64,000 nucleotides of DNA from Eledone cirrhosa (lineage: Eukaryota): NCBI GenBank assembly GCA_964016885.1, contig OZ024743.1, positions 377,828,001 to 377,892,000 of the forward strand, in the 5' to 3' direction. This document shows positions 27,138 through 40,555 of the stretch, one piece after another. Positions within the stretch are counted from its first letter, which is position 1; each line of letters opens with the position of its first letter. The notes below the pieces were generated by a model, which saw nothing but the letters and a program-made list of their open reading frames with translations, was not told the origin of the DNA and made no database searches. The translations under genes and the position numbers were made by a program.

Positions 27138-28022
27138 AAAAAGTCCTCTTGTGAACGTGACCTGGGCATTACTGTCAGCAACGATTTGCGTTGGACAAAG
27201 CATGTCTCTAAGATTGTCAAGAAGGCCGAGGGTGTCTTGGCATCACTCAGCAAGACCTTTGTTAGCCGCTCTCCAGCCATCTATTTAAAACTGTATACAG
27301 CTATGGTGCGACCACACTTGGAATTCGCATCATCAGTCTGGAACCCCTATCTTGCTCGGAACATTGACCTCCTGGAAACTGTTCAGAGACGTGCAACCAA
27401 GCGCATACCCTCCATCAGACACCTACCATACTCTGAACGCCTTGCTTCCCTGGGCATGGATTCATTGAAGCTCCGACGTCTGGCAATGGACTTGGTGAAT
27501 ACCCACAAAGTTTTTAACCATCTCGCCAACTGCAACCCTGAGCGCCTCTTTGATCTCCATGTGTCTAACACACGTGGACATGCCTACAAGATAAGAAAAC
27601 AGCACAGCTCCCATGACTTTCGCAGACATTTTTTCACGCTCAGAGTTGCTGAAGCATGGAACAAACTGCCTGCGTCAATTGTTAGCTGCCGAGACACTGC
27701 ATCCTTTAAGACACTCATGCTTCCCGAAATACGCCAAAACTACACCTGATGTACCCCTTCCATACACATGCACACATGTGTGTATAATGACTCGTGCACT
27801 GTTCATTTTATTGATGTTTGTGCATTGCCCTATGTACTGTACATGCACTTTTTTGATGAGTTGTGGTGCACCTGGGCACTGTACACAATATTTCATTATT
27901 GTTATTGTTATTATATCATGACTCATACACTGTTTATTTTCCTGACATTTGTACATTATTCTATGTACTATACATGCACCTTTGATGAGTTGTAGTGCAC
28001 CTGAGCACTGTACACAATAATT

Positions 28023-28056
<34 letters not shown>
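27138..28056 (+). mobile_element. CR1-clade LINE 3' portion with a partly duplicated 3' UTR and (ATT)n tail
   Basis: ORF 27186-27749 contains RPHLEFASSVWNPY...TRGHAYKIRK...FFTLRVAEAWNKLP. Confidence 0.92.
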
Positions 28057-28058
<2 letters not shown>

Positions 28059-28097
28059 GTGTGTGTATATATATATGTATATGTATAAATATATACA

Positions 28098-29230
28098 CTA
28101 GAAGTCGATGGAAACCGCGGAGTGGGGAGACCTAAGATGACCTGGGATGAGGTGATAAAAGCCGATCTTACCCAATTACACCTCTCAAAGGTGATGACAC
28201 ACGACCGTGACCTCTGGCGTCACGCAGTAATACAGAGTACCCGACCTCCCATGGGTACAAGCTGAAGCATATAGACAATATGGCCCCACACCCTCCCACT
28301 GCAAGGTGGTCATGGAGGTGCCACGGCAAAAAAGCACCCAGCCCACACTGTAAAGTGGACGTGTAGGCGCCACGAAAAAGCACCCAGCACTCACTGTAAA
28401 TGAGGTTGGTGTTAGGAAGAGCATCCAGCTGTAGAAATCAAGCCAAATCAGTTCCTGTATGAGCAAGACAAGGTCAGCCAACCGGACACTGCCCACAACA
28501 GGACAACCCGTCTAACCCATGCTAGCGTGGAAGAACAGACGTAAAACAGTGATGATGATGATGATGATATAATAGTCATTTTAACACTCTCATATATATA
28601 TGCATATATATATGCATATATATATATACATGTGAATCATCATCATCATCATCATCGTTTAACGTCCATTTTCCACGCTAGCATGGGTTAGACGAGCTGT
28701 GCCGTTGTGATACAACCAGGTCGGGAGACTGTGTTTTGCTCACACAGAACTGATTTTGGCTAGGTTTCAACAGTGTGGACTGGGTGCTTTTTGTTGTGAT
28801 ACCCACATGACCACTTTTCAGTGTGGGATGGGTGGGGGAGGTACATGGTGATTGAAGAGGCATATCTAGGGTGGCGTCACAACTAGATATGTGGAAGTGT
28901 CACAGAAAAAATTGCCCAGTCCCCACTGTAAAGTGGTCATGTAGGTGTCACAACAAAAAGTACCCAGTCCACACTCTAAAGTGGTTGTGCTGCTACCACA
29001 ATAAAAAACACCCAGCACACCCTGTAAAGTGGTCGTGTAGGCATCACAACAAAAAGCACCCAGCAAACACTGTAAATATGGTTGGCATTAGGAAGGTCAT
29101 CCAGCTGTAGAAACCAAAGCTGAAACAGTTTTGTATGAGCAAGATACAGTCACCTGACCCAACTTAACTTAAATGGGACAACCCATGCTAGCATGGAAAA
29201 TAGACATTAAATGATGATGATGATGATGAT
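28098..29230. mobile_element. Cluster of RTE 3' ends and RTE-tailed SINE-like repeats with (GAT)n tails, both orientations
   Basis: A GRPKMTWDEVIKADL-coding remnant is followed by aacccatgctagcgtggaa...gatgatgat. An inverted copy starts at 28637. Confidence 0.75.
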
Positions 29231-29233
29231 ATC

Positions 29234-29285
<52 letters not shown>

Positions 29286-29533
29286 TTTTTTTTTTTATAT
29301 ATATATTAGAAAGTGAGGTTTTTTTTACAAATTGAAAAATAACCGAGGTGTCCTACATGAGTGAAAGTATAAAGAAAAAGAGATGAAATCAAAAATGCAA
29401 CTGGAGTCTTATTTTTTTTTTAAATATATATATTTATTTGGTTCCTTTACCGGTTTCACAGTTCTTCTGCTTTTCAAAAGTAGAGTTGAGATGGAGGGTC
29501 TGTGGTTTTTCTCACATCATATATATATATATT

Positions 29534-29568
<35 letters not shown>

Positions 29569-29780
29569 ATATTTATATATATATACGTTATTCCGGGTTG
29601 AATCGGAGGTAACCACAGTAAGTAAGGTACTCAATACATGTATATGTGTTTGACTTTGCCTTTCATCCTTACGGGGTCGATAAAATAAAGTACCAGTAAT
29701 GCACTGGGTAATTGCTGGCCTTGTGCCTAAAGTAGAAACAAGTATATATGTATATATGTATATATTTGTATATATATATA

Positions 29781-29833
<53 letters not shown>

Positions 29834-30556
29834 ATATGTGCGTATGTATGTGTGTATGTGTATTATATATGTATGTATGTATGTATGTGTGTATGTATGT
29901 GTGTGTACATGAATGTATATTTATATATATTTATATATTCTTTATATATGTGTGTGTGTTTTTATGTGTGTATATGTGTTTGTGTGTGTGTTTATGGTTG
30001 CGCGTAAGTGTGTGAGTGAGTATGTGTGTTTTTTTGTTTTTTATGTGTGTTTTTTTGTTTGTCTGTTTTTTTGTTTTTTTGTTTTTTTGTTTTTTTGTGA
30101 ATGTGTCTGTTGATTTTGGCATATTGTTGATTAGTTTAAGAGAAGTTCGAAGATAATAGTAAGATATGCACTCAGTATTTTGAATCTGTCTGCAGAATTC
30201 CCTAGACCTTTGTCACTTAGTAGAACCTTAATGACTTTAGCTTTTAGAGAATCTCCCTTTTCTTTAATTCTATCGAGCATGACTGACCCCCCACTGATTT
30301 TATAGACATCTGTTAGCTTAAGAGAAACTTATTGACAAGGAATGGTATGCCATCCGGAACCTGTTTATAGAATTCTGTCTGCCTTTGTTACTCTAAAAAC
30401 ATAAATAAATATAAATAAAAATTAACTATAGCTTTGTAGAATTAGCTTTTAATGAATTCCCTTTTCTATCAACCAATGACCTGCACCCATCCCACTCCCC
30501 ACCCTCTCCTACCACTTGTAGAGACCTATAAATACCATATTTATTTTTTGATACCC

Positions 30557-30607
30557 AGATTCCTGATGATTTCTAATGAATGAAACAGTTCTAGTCCTGT
30601 AGAATCT
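30557..30607 (+). ncRNA. Type I hammerhead ribozyme in a Penelope-type repeat ending in (TA)n
   Basis: agattc-CTGATGA-tttctaatgaat-GAAA-cag...ctg-TA-gaatct. Stem I is 6 bp, stem III is acag/ctgt, site GUA. Stem II is weak. Confidence 0.7.
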
Positions 30608-30626
30608 CATCTATATTAAAACTATT

Positions 30627-30699
<73 letters not shown>

Positions 30700-30971
30700 T
30701 CTTTTACTCTTTTACCTGTTTCAGCCATCCGGCTGAGGCCATGCTGGGGCACCGCCCTTGATATATATATATATATACAATTCAAATAAATAGAAATATG
30801 TAAATATATATAGAGAGAAAGATATATATCATATGAGAACACAGTATTTTGTATATATACAAATGAAGAATAAGTACTAAGATGGAAAAAGTTATTCCTT
30901 GATATATGTGCTTTGTATACATACAAATTACTATGTTCTCATATGATATATGGTCCTTTCCCTCTATATAT

Positions 30972-32352
30972 CATCATCGCTGTTTTACGTCCATTCTTCC
31001 ATACTAGCATGGATTAGACGGGTTGTCCTATGGTGGGCAATGTTAGGTCTTGCTTATACGGGAACTGATTTGGGCTTGATTGCTACAGCTGGATGCCCTT
31101 CCTAACACCAACCTCATTGAAAGTGAGTGCTAGATGCTTTTTTTCCGTGGCACCTACACTGGGTGCTTTTTTGTCATGACACCTCCACGGCCATTTTGCA
31201 GTGGGAGGGGGTGGGGGCATATTGCCTATATGCTTCGGCTTGTTCCCATGGAAGTCGGGTCTTTTGTATTACTGCGTGACGCCAGAGGTCACGGTCCTGT
31301 GTCATCGCCATTGAGAGGTGCAATTGGGCAAGGTCCACTTTTATCACCTCATTCCAGGTCTTCTTGGGTCTCCCCACTCCACAGCTTCCTTCAACTTTTA
31401 GTGCTCTGCACTTTTTTTATACAGCTGTCATCCTTTATATGCATCACATGTCCATACCAGCATATCCTCCTCTCCTGCACACAGCATTTGATTCCTCTTA
31501 TGTTCAGTCTCCCTCTCAATTCATTTATGCTTTGCCGTTCGCGTATAGTACTATTACACATCCATCGGAGCATGTAAGCTTCGTTTCTTTCTAATCTATG
31601 CAAGTATTCTACACACAGCATCCAGGTCTCACTACCATATAACATTGCTGTTTGTATGCATGCATCATACATTCTGCCTTTCATTTTGAGGGGGAAAACC
31701 TTTTGCAGCTAGCAGTAGCAGTAGCTCCCTGAACTTCTTCCATCCTGTCCTTACTCTAGTTACTGTACTTTCAGAACACCCACCTCCACTGCTAATTTGG
31801 TCACCTAGGTAGCAGAAGCTATCTACTGTTTCTACCGAGCCCTCCCAGAGTTTGGTAGTGCTTGTTTCCTGTGGCTGTTTGCTGCTTACTGTCCCAGTGC
31901 AGCTGCTACACGTGAAGTCTACATTCCTAACTAAGCTTCCTGAGATCCCACTACATCTCTTGTGTACCCATAGTTTGCATTTGGGGCAAAGGATAGAATT
32001 CCTACCTACACCTTTCCTACATACTGAGCAAGGCCATTTTCCTGAGGAGATCTGGGTTCTGTTTTCTCATCTATTCACGAGCACCTTAGTCTTTGACAGG
32101 TTGACTTTGAGCCCCCTTCTTTCTAGTCCCTGCTTCCATGTTTGGAATTTCTTCTTTAGTTCTGCCATAGATTCAGCTAAAAGTGTAAGATCATCCGCAT
32201 ACAGAAGTTCCCATGGGCATCTGGTCTTAAATTCCTCTGTTATAACCTGCAATACTATAATAAACAGGAGAGGGCTAAGAACAGGGCCCTGGTGGACACT
32301 GACCTGTATGGTAAATTCCTCGCTATAGTCATTGTTAACCCTAACTTTGCTT
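30972..32352 (-). mobile_element. RTE-clade LINE, 5'-truncated and decayed
   Basis: PWELLYADD, LYGSETW and GRPKKTW ORF pieces, with a (GAT)n tail. Confidence 0.92.
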
Positions 32353-32559
32353 CTATATATATTTACATATATCTATTAATTTGAGTTACTGGTGCTCTGG
32401 ACAAATATCATACATAATTGATATGTTTTGATACCTTAAGTTTATATATATATATATACATATGTGCATGTATATTGGATATATATGATATATGTATATG
32501 AACGCATATATATATGTGTATATCATTATAATGATGTGTGCATGTTTATATATATATAT

Positions 32560-32880
32560 AAATGTAAGTATGTATACATATATACATATATGTATATAGA
32601 CGTACAGTAGTATGTATATATATATACATGCACACATATATATATGTACGTATGGGTTTACCGAGCATTTATTATAATGTTCGGTTTGTTTGTAAACAAA
32701 CAGCCCGAATTAAGCCGAGCACTGTACGGCGTAATTCGGGCTGTTTGTTTACAAACAAACCGAACATTATAATAAATGCTCGGTAAACCCATACATACAT
32801 ATATGTGTGCATGTATGTATATATACATACTACTATACGTCTATATACATATATGTATGTACGTATACATACTTACATTT
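32560..32880. repeat. Long palindrome (~155-bp arms, ~9-nt loop)
   Basis: gtatgggtttaccgagcatttattataatgttcggtttgtttgtaaacaaacagcccgaatta is mirrored exactly around agcactgta. The outer arms are imperfect (TA/TG)-rich. Confidence 0.95.
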
Positions 32881-33944
32881 AAGTATCAACCATACTAAGA
32901 GTGAGAAATGAAATTTTGTTTCATTCTTTTCTATTTATATATATATATATATATGTGTGTATATTATGCTGGTACCACAAAACATCCAGCCCACACTGTA
33001 AAGTGGATGTGTAAAAGACATGGCAAAAAGCACCCAGCACACACTGTCGATGTGGTTGGCATTAAGAAGAGCATCCAGCCATAGAAAACCAGCCCCAAAA
33101 GCACTCAGCACACACTGTCAATGTGGTTGGCATCAAGAAGGGCATTCAGCCAGAAACACTCCTATATGAGCAAGACACAACTTGCCTCTAAATGGGACAA
33201 ACCCGTCTAACCCATGCTAGCATGGAAGATAGACATTGATCGATGGTGATGATATATATATTATAATAATCAGTATTGACAGATCCAATCAATCGACCAA
33301 CAATGTAATTAGGCTTAAGTACACAACGTTATAGTTATCACAACTGTATAGTATCAGACGGAATAAAACGATGCTGAATATGTGATACCATCTCTATTCC
33401 TTTTCTTTATGTGTGTGTTTCTATCATCTTCGTCGTTAAACGTCTATTTTCTACGATAGCATGGGTTATATATATATATTACTTGGACCACCTTATATTT
33501 TCTGTATTTATCCTTTGTGATCCTGTCTCTATTATTGTACTCCTGAAGAAGGGCTAAAGCCCAACACATCGAACTTTCCTTTCCCTTTTCCATATAAAGC
33601 ATAAAACTAATAAAACTTTTTGTACCTCTGTTTTGCCATTTCCTTGAACTATATATATATCATCATCATCATCATTGTTTAACGTCTATCTTCCACGCTA
33701 GCATGGGTTAGATGGGAGTTGTTCCAATTTAAAGCAAGGTTGGTCGGGTGACCATGTCTCGCTCGTATAGGACTATCGGGCAGGTTTTCTACAGCTGGAT
33801 GCCCTTCCTAACACCAACCACATTTACAGTGTGGACTGGGAACTTTTTACCGTGTTTCTTACACAGCCACATTACAGCGTAGACTGTGTGTTTTTTTGTC
33901 ATGACATCTACACGATCTCAATCTCATTATCTCATTTATTTGGA

Positions 33945-34570
33945 CTGAATGTTGTGGTCACTTCCAACCGACCAAACGAACCACAGGAGGTCAAATCCTA
34001 TGTGGGCATGGCGGAGGGCCGATTCAAGAAGCGTTTCCTGAACCACCAGTCTACCTTCAGATAGCCGGACAGACGTTCATCCACGAAACTCGCGAGCCAC
34101 ATATGGTCCCTCAAGGACTCAAGTATAGGCTACTCCATTCAATGGAAAGCCATCACTAAGTCCAAGCCATACGCAAGGGGAAATCCGACGTGTGGCTTAT
34201 GTATCGACGAACGAATAGCCATCCTAAAGAGATTACGCAATAGTGATTGCCTAAACACGAGAAGTGAATTTTTCACACGTTGTCCACACGTCACCAAACA
34301 TCTATTGCATAACTACAAGGCTCCCGACTGATTCTTTGTAATTTTATTATTAATTTTTAAAAATTTTATTTTCGACCTAAAAACTTTCCGGACTTTTGCA
34401 GTTATTTCCCTTACACCTCCCGCACGCAGTCTAGTATTGCCTGTGTGAAGTGACCGTTCATACGGTTGTCCTTCCTGTTCCTATAAACATACACATCCCG
34501 AGCTGAAGATCCGCGAAGGTGAAACAATTGTTCTTGGTATGGTGAACTAACTGTTGTGTAACCACTTCTA
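33945..34570 (+). mobile_element. Penelope-like element 3' fragment (GIY-YIG endonuclease C-terminus plus pLTR)
   Basis: KSYVGMAEGRFKKRFLNHQSTFR*...LASHIWSLK...CGLCIDERIAIL...CLNTRSEFFTRCPH, ending at ~34331. A hammerhead lies downstream. Confidence 0.88.
34494..34541 (+). ncRNA. Type I minimal hammerhead ribozyme in the Penelope pLTR
   Basis: catcccgag-CTGAAGA-tccgcgaaggt-GAAA-caattg-TT-cttggtatg. Stem III is the palindrome acaattgt. Stem I has 8/9 pairs. Site GUU. Confidence 0.7.
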
Positions 34571-34577
34571 TATATAT

Positions 34578-37500
34578 CACCATCATCATCATTTTACGTC
34601 CGCTTTTCCCTGCTTGCAAGGGTGGGACGGGTCTTATTCAGCACAGCATCTCTCCACTCGTCACGGTCCCTCGTCATCTCCACCGTGAGCTTCAATGATC
34701 TGAGGTCTGTTCGCACCACCTCCGCCCATGTTTTTCGTGGTCTACCTCTACCACGTCTTCCCTCAACTGGCAATTCCTGGCAATTCTTCAGCCATCGGTC
34801 ATCCTCCATGCGCATCACATGTCCATACCACCTCAGTCTCCTCTCCCGTACACTACATTCTATCCCTCTCAGACACAGTTTCTCTCTCAACACATTTATG
34901 CTGGGTCGTTCATGCACATTTACACTGCACATCCAACGGAGCATGCTTGCCTCATTTCTCTCCAGCCGTCGCATATCCTCTGCAGTTGCTGCCCATGTCT
35001 CACTACCATGCAGCATCGCGCTCCTCACACAGGCATCATACAACTGGCCTTTCGTACGCAGGGAGAAACCCTTCTTCGTCAACAGAGGAAGCAGCTCCCT
35101 AAACTTCTTCCAACCCGTCCTTATTCTAGATACTATGGCCTCGGAACACCCTCCTCCCATGCTAATCTGATCTCCTAGGTACCGGAAGCTATCCACCACT
35201 TCTATAGCGCCCTCTTGCATTTGAAAAATGTGTCTATCAGTGCGACTTCTACTGTCTAATTTCCCTGTACATCTACTGCATACATATTTCTCCCTACCTG
35301 TTAGTTTGCCTGCTATCCCGCTACATCTCTTGTGTACCCAGGATCTGCATTGTGTGCATTTTATAGAATTTATGCCAGTTCCTTTTCTGCATATCGAACA
35401 TGGCCATTTCCCTGACGGAATCAGGGTTTTGTCCTCTTTTCTACTCATCAACACTTTTGTCTTAGCTAGATTCACTCTCAGTCCTCTTGCTTCCAACTGC
35501 TGTTTCCATAGCCAGAATTTATTCTCTAGCTCCTCTACTGATTCTGTTATAAGAACCAGATCATCAGCATAGAGAAGTTCCCATGGACAGCCAGTCTTAA
35601 ACTCCTCTGTTATGGCTTGGAGGACTATAATGAACAAGAGCGGGCTGAGGACCGAACCCTGATGTACTCCTACTTGTATCTAGAATTCCTCACTAAACTC
35701 CATTCCTACCCTGACTTTACTGAGAGTACCTCTGTACAAAGTTTGCACTGTCCTCACAAGCCATTCCTCAACACCTAGCTTCCTTAGGGACCACCAGATG
35801 ACAGATCAGGGTACCCTATCAAAGGCCTTCTCTAGGTCAACAAAGGCTAAGTATAGTGGCTTATTCTTCTCTAAGAACCTCTCTTGCAATTGTCTCACCA
35901 AGAAGAGGGCATCTGTTGTACACTTTCCAGGCACAAAACCAAACTGCATCTCATCTAGTTTGACCCTTTCTCTAATTAGTTGTGCTAAAATCCTTTCTGC
36001 CACTTTCATAACCTGATCTATCAGTTTTATACCCCTATAATTGCTCCTCTCCAAAGCATCCCCTTTACCTTTGTAGCAATTTATGAGAATACTGCTGCAC
36101 GAGTCTTTGGGTATGACACCACCATATATAGCCTGATTGATGATGCGTGCAACCAGTTTAGTGCCTACGTCCCCTGATACCTTCAGCATCTCAGCAACTA
36201 TTCCCGATGGTCCGGCAGCCTTACCATTTTTCATTTCCCTAATCGCCTCTTGGACCCTATATTCGTCAATCTCAATAGCTGGTCCCTCTGTCGGATCTAC
36301 CAAGGGTAATTTCTCTCTCTCCCATTCATTCTCCACATTCATCAGTCTCTCATAATGACATTTCCAGGCCTCCTTTTTCTGATCATTCGTGACACTAAGT
36401 ACACCGGCATCATCCCGGACACATTTATCTCCAACAACATCCTGATTTGCATTGACACACTGCCTTGCAATGTGGAACACCGCACGCCTCTGATCTTCTC
36501 GTCGCAGAACATTGGCAAACCTCCTATTCTCTGCCTCCCTGCGTGCTAAGTACACCTGACGTCTAGCTTCTCTCTTAGTGGCTGTATATTCTTCCCTCTC
36601 CCACCCTTTTTCCAAGCCTTCCATGCTAGTCTTTTGTCTCTAATAGCCTTATCTACTGTGCTGTTCCACCACCAGGTCACTCTCTGTCTGGTTGGAGCTC
36701 TGCTCCAGCCACAGGTTTCATCAGTAGCCTGCAGCAAGTTGTCACGTAAGAAATTCCAGTTATTATCTATGTCATACGTCTCTAAATCGTCTTCTTTTTC
36801 GTCATATACATCTTGAAGGGCTTTCCTAAATTTGTATTTTAGTGAAAGGTCTTTTAGCTTCCAGACCTTTCTTCTCCACACCTTCCTATATGTCTCATTC
36901 CATCTCTTGCTTACTGAGATATCACTAACAACTAACCTATGCTGTGGGGTACATTCTTCCCCAGGGTATGCCTTGGTATTAGACACTATCTGCCTGTCCC
37001 GCTGCCTAACTAGCAGGAAGTCAATCTGGCTTATGTGCTCACCAGATTTGTAGGTTATTAGGTGATTGGCAGGTTTCTGGAAGTTTGTGTTGCAAACAGT
37101 CAATGTACCCACATCACAAAATTCAAGAAGTCTCACTCCTTCTTCATTTCTTGAACCGTAACCGTGCCCACCATGTACCCCAGTGTAACCATCCTGGAGC
37201 TGTCCAACATGACCATTGAAGTCTCCTGCTAGCATAATGATGTCTCCATCCTCTGTCATTGCGGTTGTTTGCAAAAGTTGCTCATAAAAGCAGTCTTTCT
37301 CATCTTTGCCTAGGCCTGCTTGGGGAGCATAGGCCGAGATGATTGTCAGTAGTCTCCTACCTACAACTAATCTAAGCTTAATTATTCGATTACTAACTCG
37401 AACTACCTCTATTGTCTTATTGATCCATTTCTCAGCCAGGAAAATGCCTACTCCCCCTAGCCCATCATCCTTACCTACCCAGAATAGCTTATAGCTAAGA

Positions 37501-37690
37501 CGCTTGCCTACGACTAGTCTCGCAGAGGCACCTCTCCATCTCACCTCTTGCACGCAGCACACATCCACCTGCCTTCTCTCCAGCATCTCTGCTATTTCAG
37601 CAGATCTACCTCTGAGAGTGCCAACATTAAGTGTTGCAACTCTGAGATGCGACGTCTTCATATTTTGTTGTTGTTCCTATTTGTTGCTGT
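34578..37690 (-). mobile_element. Near full-length RTE-clade LINE ORF (APE endonuclease + RT with PHD insertion); one frameshift and one nonsense codon
   Basis: ATLNVGTL...VQEVRW...GDFNGH...SQIDF...PQHRLV (APE). QFGF...AFVDLEKAFDRVP* and LLYADD (RT). (GAT)n tail at 34578-34592. Confidence 0.96.
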
Positions 37691-38113
37691 GCTGATAAGC
37701 GTTTTGGCATTGATACACTGGTTGGATGCCCTTCCTAACACCAGCGCCATTTTACAGCATGGACTGGGTGCTTTTATTTGTGCCACCAGCACTAGAGAGG
37801 ATGTCTTACTAGACTCAAGGGCCCTCTCTACCCCTCCATTTTACAGCATGGTCAAAAAAAAAAAAAAAAAACTTATTTACACGACGCACACACAAACACT
37901 CACACAGCAACACTCATGCATACAAACCACAACCACACACACGCCACTCACATACCAACACTCATTCATGCATACAATCACACACACCACTCACAAACAC
38001 ACATATATATACATATATTACCGACAGTACTGATACAAATACAAAATCAAAATCATCAAAATCAAAATCAATATCATGTCAACTGTTGACCTTTCCCAGT
38101 CCAGTTCAGCTTG

Positions 38114-38171
<58 letters not shown>

Positions 38172-38174
<3 letters not shown>

Positions 38175-38757
38175 TTTCTTTATTAACCACAAGGGTTTAC
38201 ATAAAGTAGACATTAAGGACAGTGCAGGACAATGCAGGACGGTACAAATGGGCATTTCTGCGTGTAAAAAAAAACAAAAACAGAGGATGTTACAAAAATA
38301 ACAATGAAAATAACAATGAAAAATTCCCCAGTAGGGGGGAGACTTCGGAGGGACATTTGTGGAGAAAGCCCAGTAAAAAGCCACAATGACCCTGACCACC
38401 AAGGCAAGTGCCCTCTCCCAGTTTTCCACCTTTAGTTTACAGATATATACTCAGAGTCGGCCCATTCACTCGGGCCATTCTTGCTTCTCTCACCCATCTT
38501 TCAACAAAATGCTGGGAAGAGAGCACTTCCTTCTCTACTCTGATTTTCCTTTTCAAATGAAATTTGAAAAAGTCAATCAGAGCATCACCGAAGAGGTAAG
38601 TGCTCGTCTTCAGCCCTTTCAAACGTGTCCACCATACTATCTCTTTCGCCATGGCCACCAGACAGATAAAAACTGCCTGCCCTTCCCGGCTAAAGGAGGA
38701 GGGCGGGGCAATCCTCACGATAGACTCAGATGATAGCTGGATCCGTCCTAAACGCGA
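38172..38757 (-). mobile_element. L1/Tx1-like LINE 3' fragment inserted in an (AAT)n tract
   Basis: AMAKEIVWWTR...LIDFFKFHLKRKIRVEK...FVERW resembles Tx1-type ORF2 C-termini. (TAA)n lies on both sides. Confidence 0.65.
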
Positions 38758-38799
38758 TAATAATAATAATAATAATAATAATAATTGTTTGCTTTACGC

Positions 38800-39100
38800 T
38801 GGTAATGGCGGTGGTGGTGGTGGATGGTGTCAGTGTGGTGGTAGTGGATGGTCAGTGATGGTGGTGGCAGTTGTTGGTGCTGTAGTTGTTATTGTAGTTG
38901 TTGTCGTTGTTGCTGTTGTCGCTGTTGTTGTTGTTCTTCATTTCACTGCTGCTGTTGCTGCAGACAATGGTGTTGATGCTGTTATTGCTGTCGCATATAT
39001 ACAAATACATGCATACACACACATTCAACACAGACGATGGTGTTGTTGCCGTTGTTGTTGTTGGTGTTGCTGCTGTTGTTGTTGTAGTTGTTGCTGTGTT
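38800..39100. repeat. (GGT/GTT/GCT)n degenerate microsatellite
   Basis: Read directly. Confidence 0.9.
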
Positions 39101-39825
39101 GAAATCTGGTCGCATCCATACATATACACACACATATATATATGTATATACACATACATACATCAAAAGAGTCAGCAGTATGTCAACAGGGAACAGGTCA
39201 GCCACCTTAGATAGAGTAATGAGTATTGTGGTGATGGTGGGGAGCGAGTGTAGACGTTATTGTTATTGTGGTGGCGGGGGGTCAGTGAGATGTACAAGTT
39301 CATAGATCACTTGCTTGTCTCTTTTCCTCTCTCTTCAAAATTTTGAATTTATGGCCTTTTGCAATGGCGGACAAGTATATATAATATATATATATGAAGC
39401 AAAGAAAAGAAAATTTCAATGATACGAAAGATTTCCTGGTAGAAGTTCAGGTGTATTCAGTGTTGGTATCCAATTAGAAAATAAAACGAATTTTTGAGAG
39501 GGGTCCACGCAAGCATAGATATATATATGTATATATGTAAAATGTAAGCAGAAATAACAACGCATATACTAATGAACATACATTAAACACAGAGGGACTG
39601 TAAATGATAATAGCAATATTTAGATATAAATATAAATGTACATATCTCTATTGGTCTCATAATGTTTCTCTCTTTCCCCTTGTGGGTAGCAACACGTGGT
39701 TGTGTGTTGCTGCTGACTCTAGCAGAGCCCAAGAAAACACGTCTTGCCCTAACAGCCGCTGCTCCCTATATATATATATATATATAAATACACGCGCGCG
39801 CTCACACACACACATACATACATAC

Positions 39826-40418
39826 ATGGTGGTGGCTGCCAACTCGTTTTCGAGTACGGCCACTACTTTATATCCATGTAGGAGAACCCCTACCGATGCG
39901 CTGAACGAGTGTGACTTTTTAGTCCAGCCAGCGACTTGAAAACTCTGGTACAAACACTACACTTGTGACAATTACTGACACATAGTGCTGAGCCCATTGT
40001 ACCCTGTGATGACAAGTGCAGAGAGATCTCCAGATATAAAGCAATGCCTGTGCCGTGAAGCTTTTATAGTGAGCAGAGGCACTGCACAAAGCCAGTCGCA
40101 CTCTTTTAACCAAGATGATATTTACCAAAAAGAAGAACAAGTCAACATCATTGGATACCATCAGAGTTTTCCTTCTCCTAGAATTCTGCCTTGACAAAGG
40201 CTAAGGGGTCATCTCTCCCGGTGGTTTTGGATGGCCATTGACTCTTAAGAGCTCCTTTGCCCTTTGACAGGTTTTGTTTTTAGTCCTGCAGGATGTCCAA
40301 CGTCACCCTCCTCACCAAGAAACCTTGGTGGGGTTGCCAGTTTAGTCGCCAACGACCCGACCATGAGACAGGTTGTACTGGGATACATGTTACCAGTAGC
40401 ACCAACTGGTGACCTGAC
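39826..40418 (-). mobile_element. Probable LINE 5'-UTR fragment flanked by (CATA)n
   Basis: GC-richer non-coding block between (CATA)n tracts. Motifs such as aaactggcaacc and ggagaaggaaaactctg recall RTE-type 5' UTRs (recognition only). Confidence 0.4.
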
Positions 40419-40452
40419 ATACATACATACATACATACATACATACATACAT

Positions 40453-40555
<103 letters not shown>

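Noticed and set aside
29383-30122. Multiple overlapping ORFs
   Set aside because: Simple-repeat translations.
34622-35572. Plus-strand ORFs over the RTE
   Set aside because: Antisense shadows of the LINE ORF.
38600-39305. 204-aa ORF with hydrophobic and Cys runs
   Set aside because: Made of a LINE antisense fragment plus (AAT)n/(GTT)n repeats.
39826-40418. HDV-like ribozyme in a putative LINE 5' UTR
   Set aside because: Plausible for RTE-type elements, but I could not build the nested double pseudoknot by eye. It needs a descriptor search.
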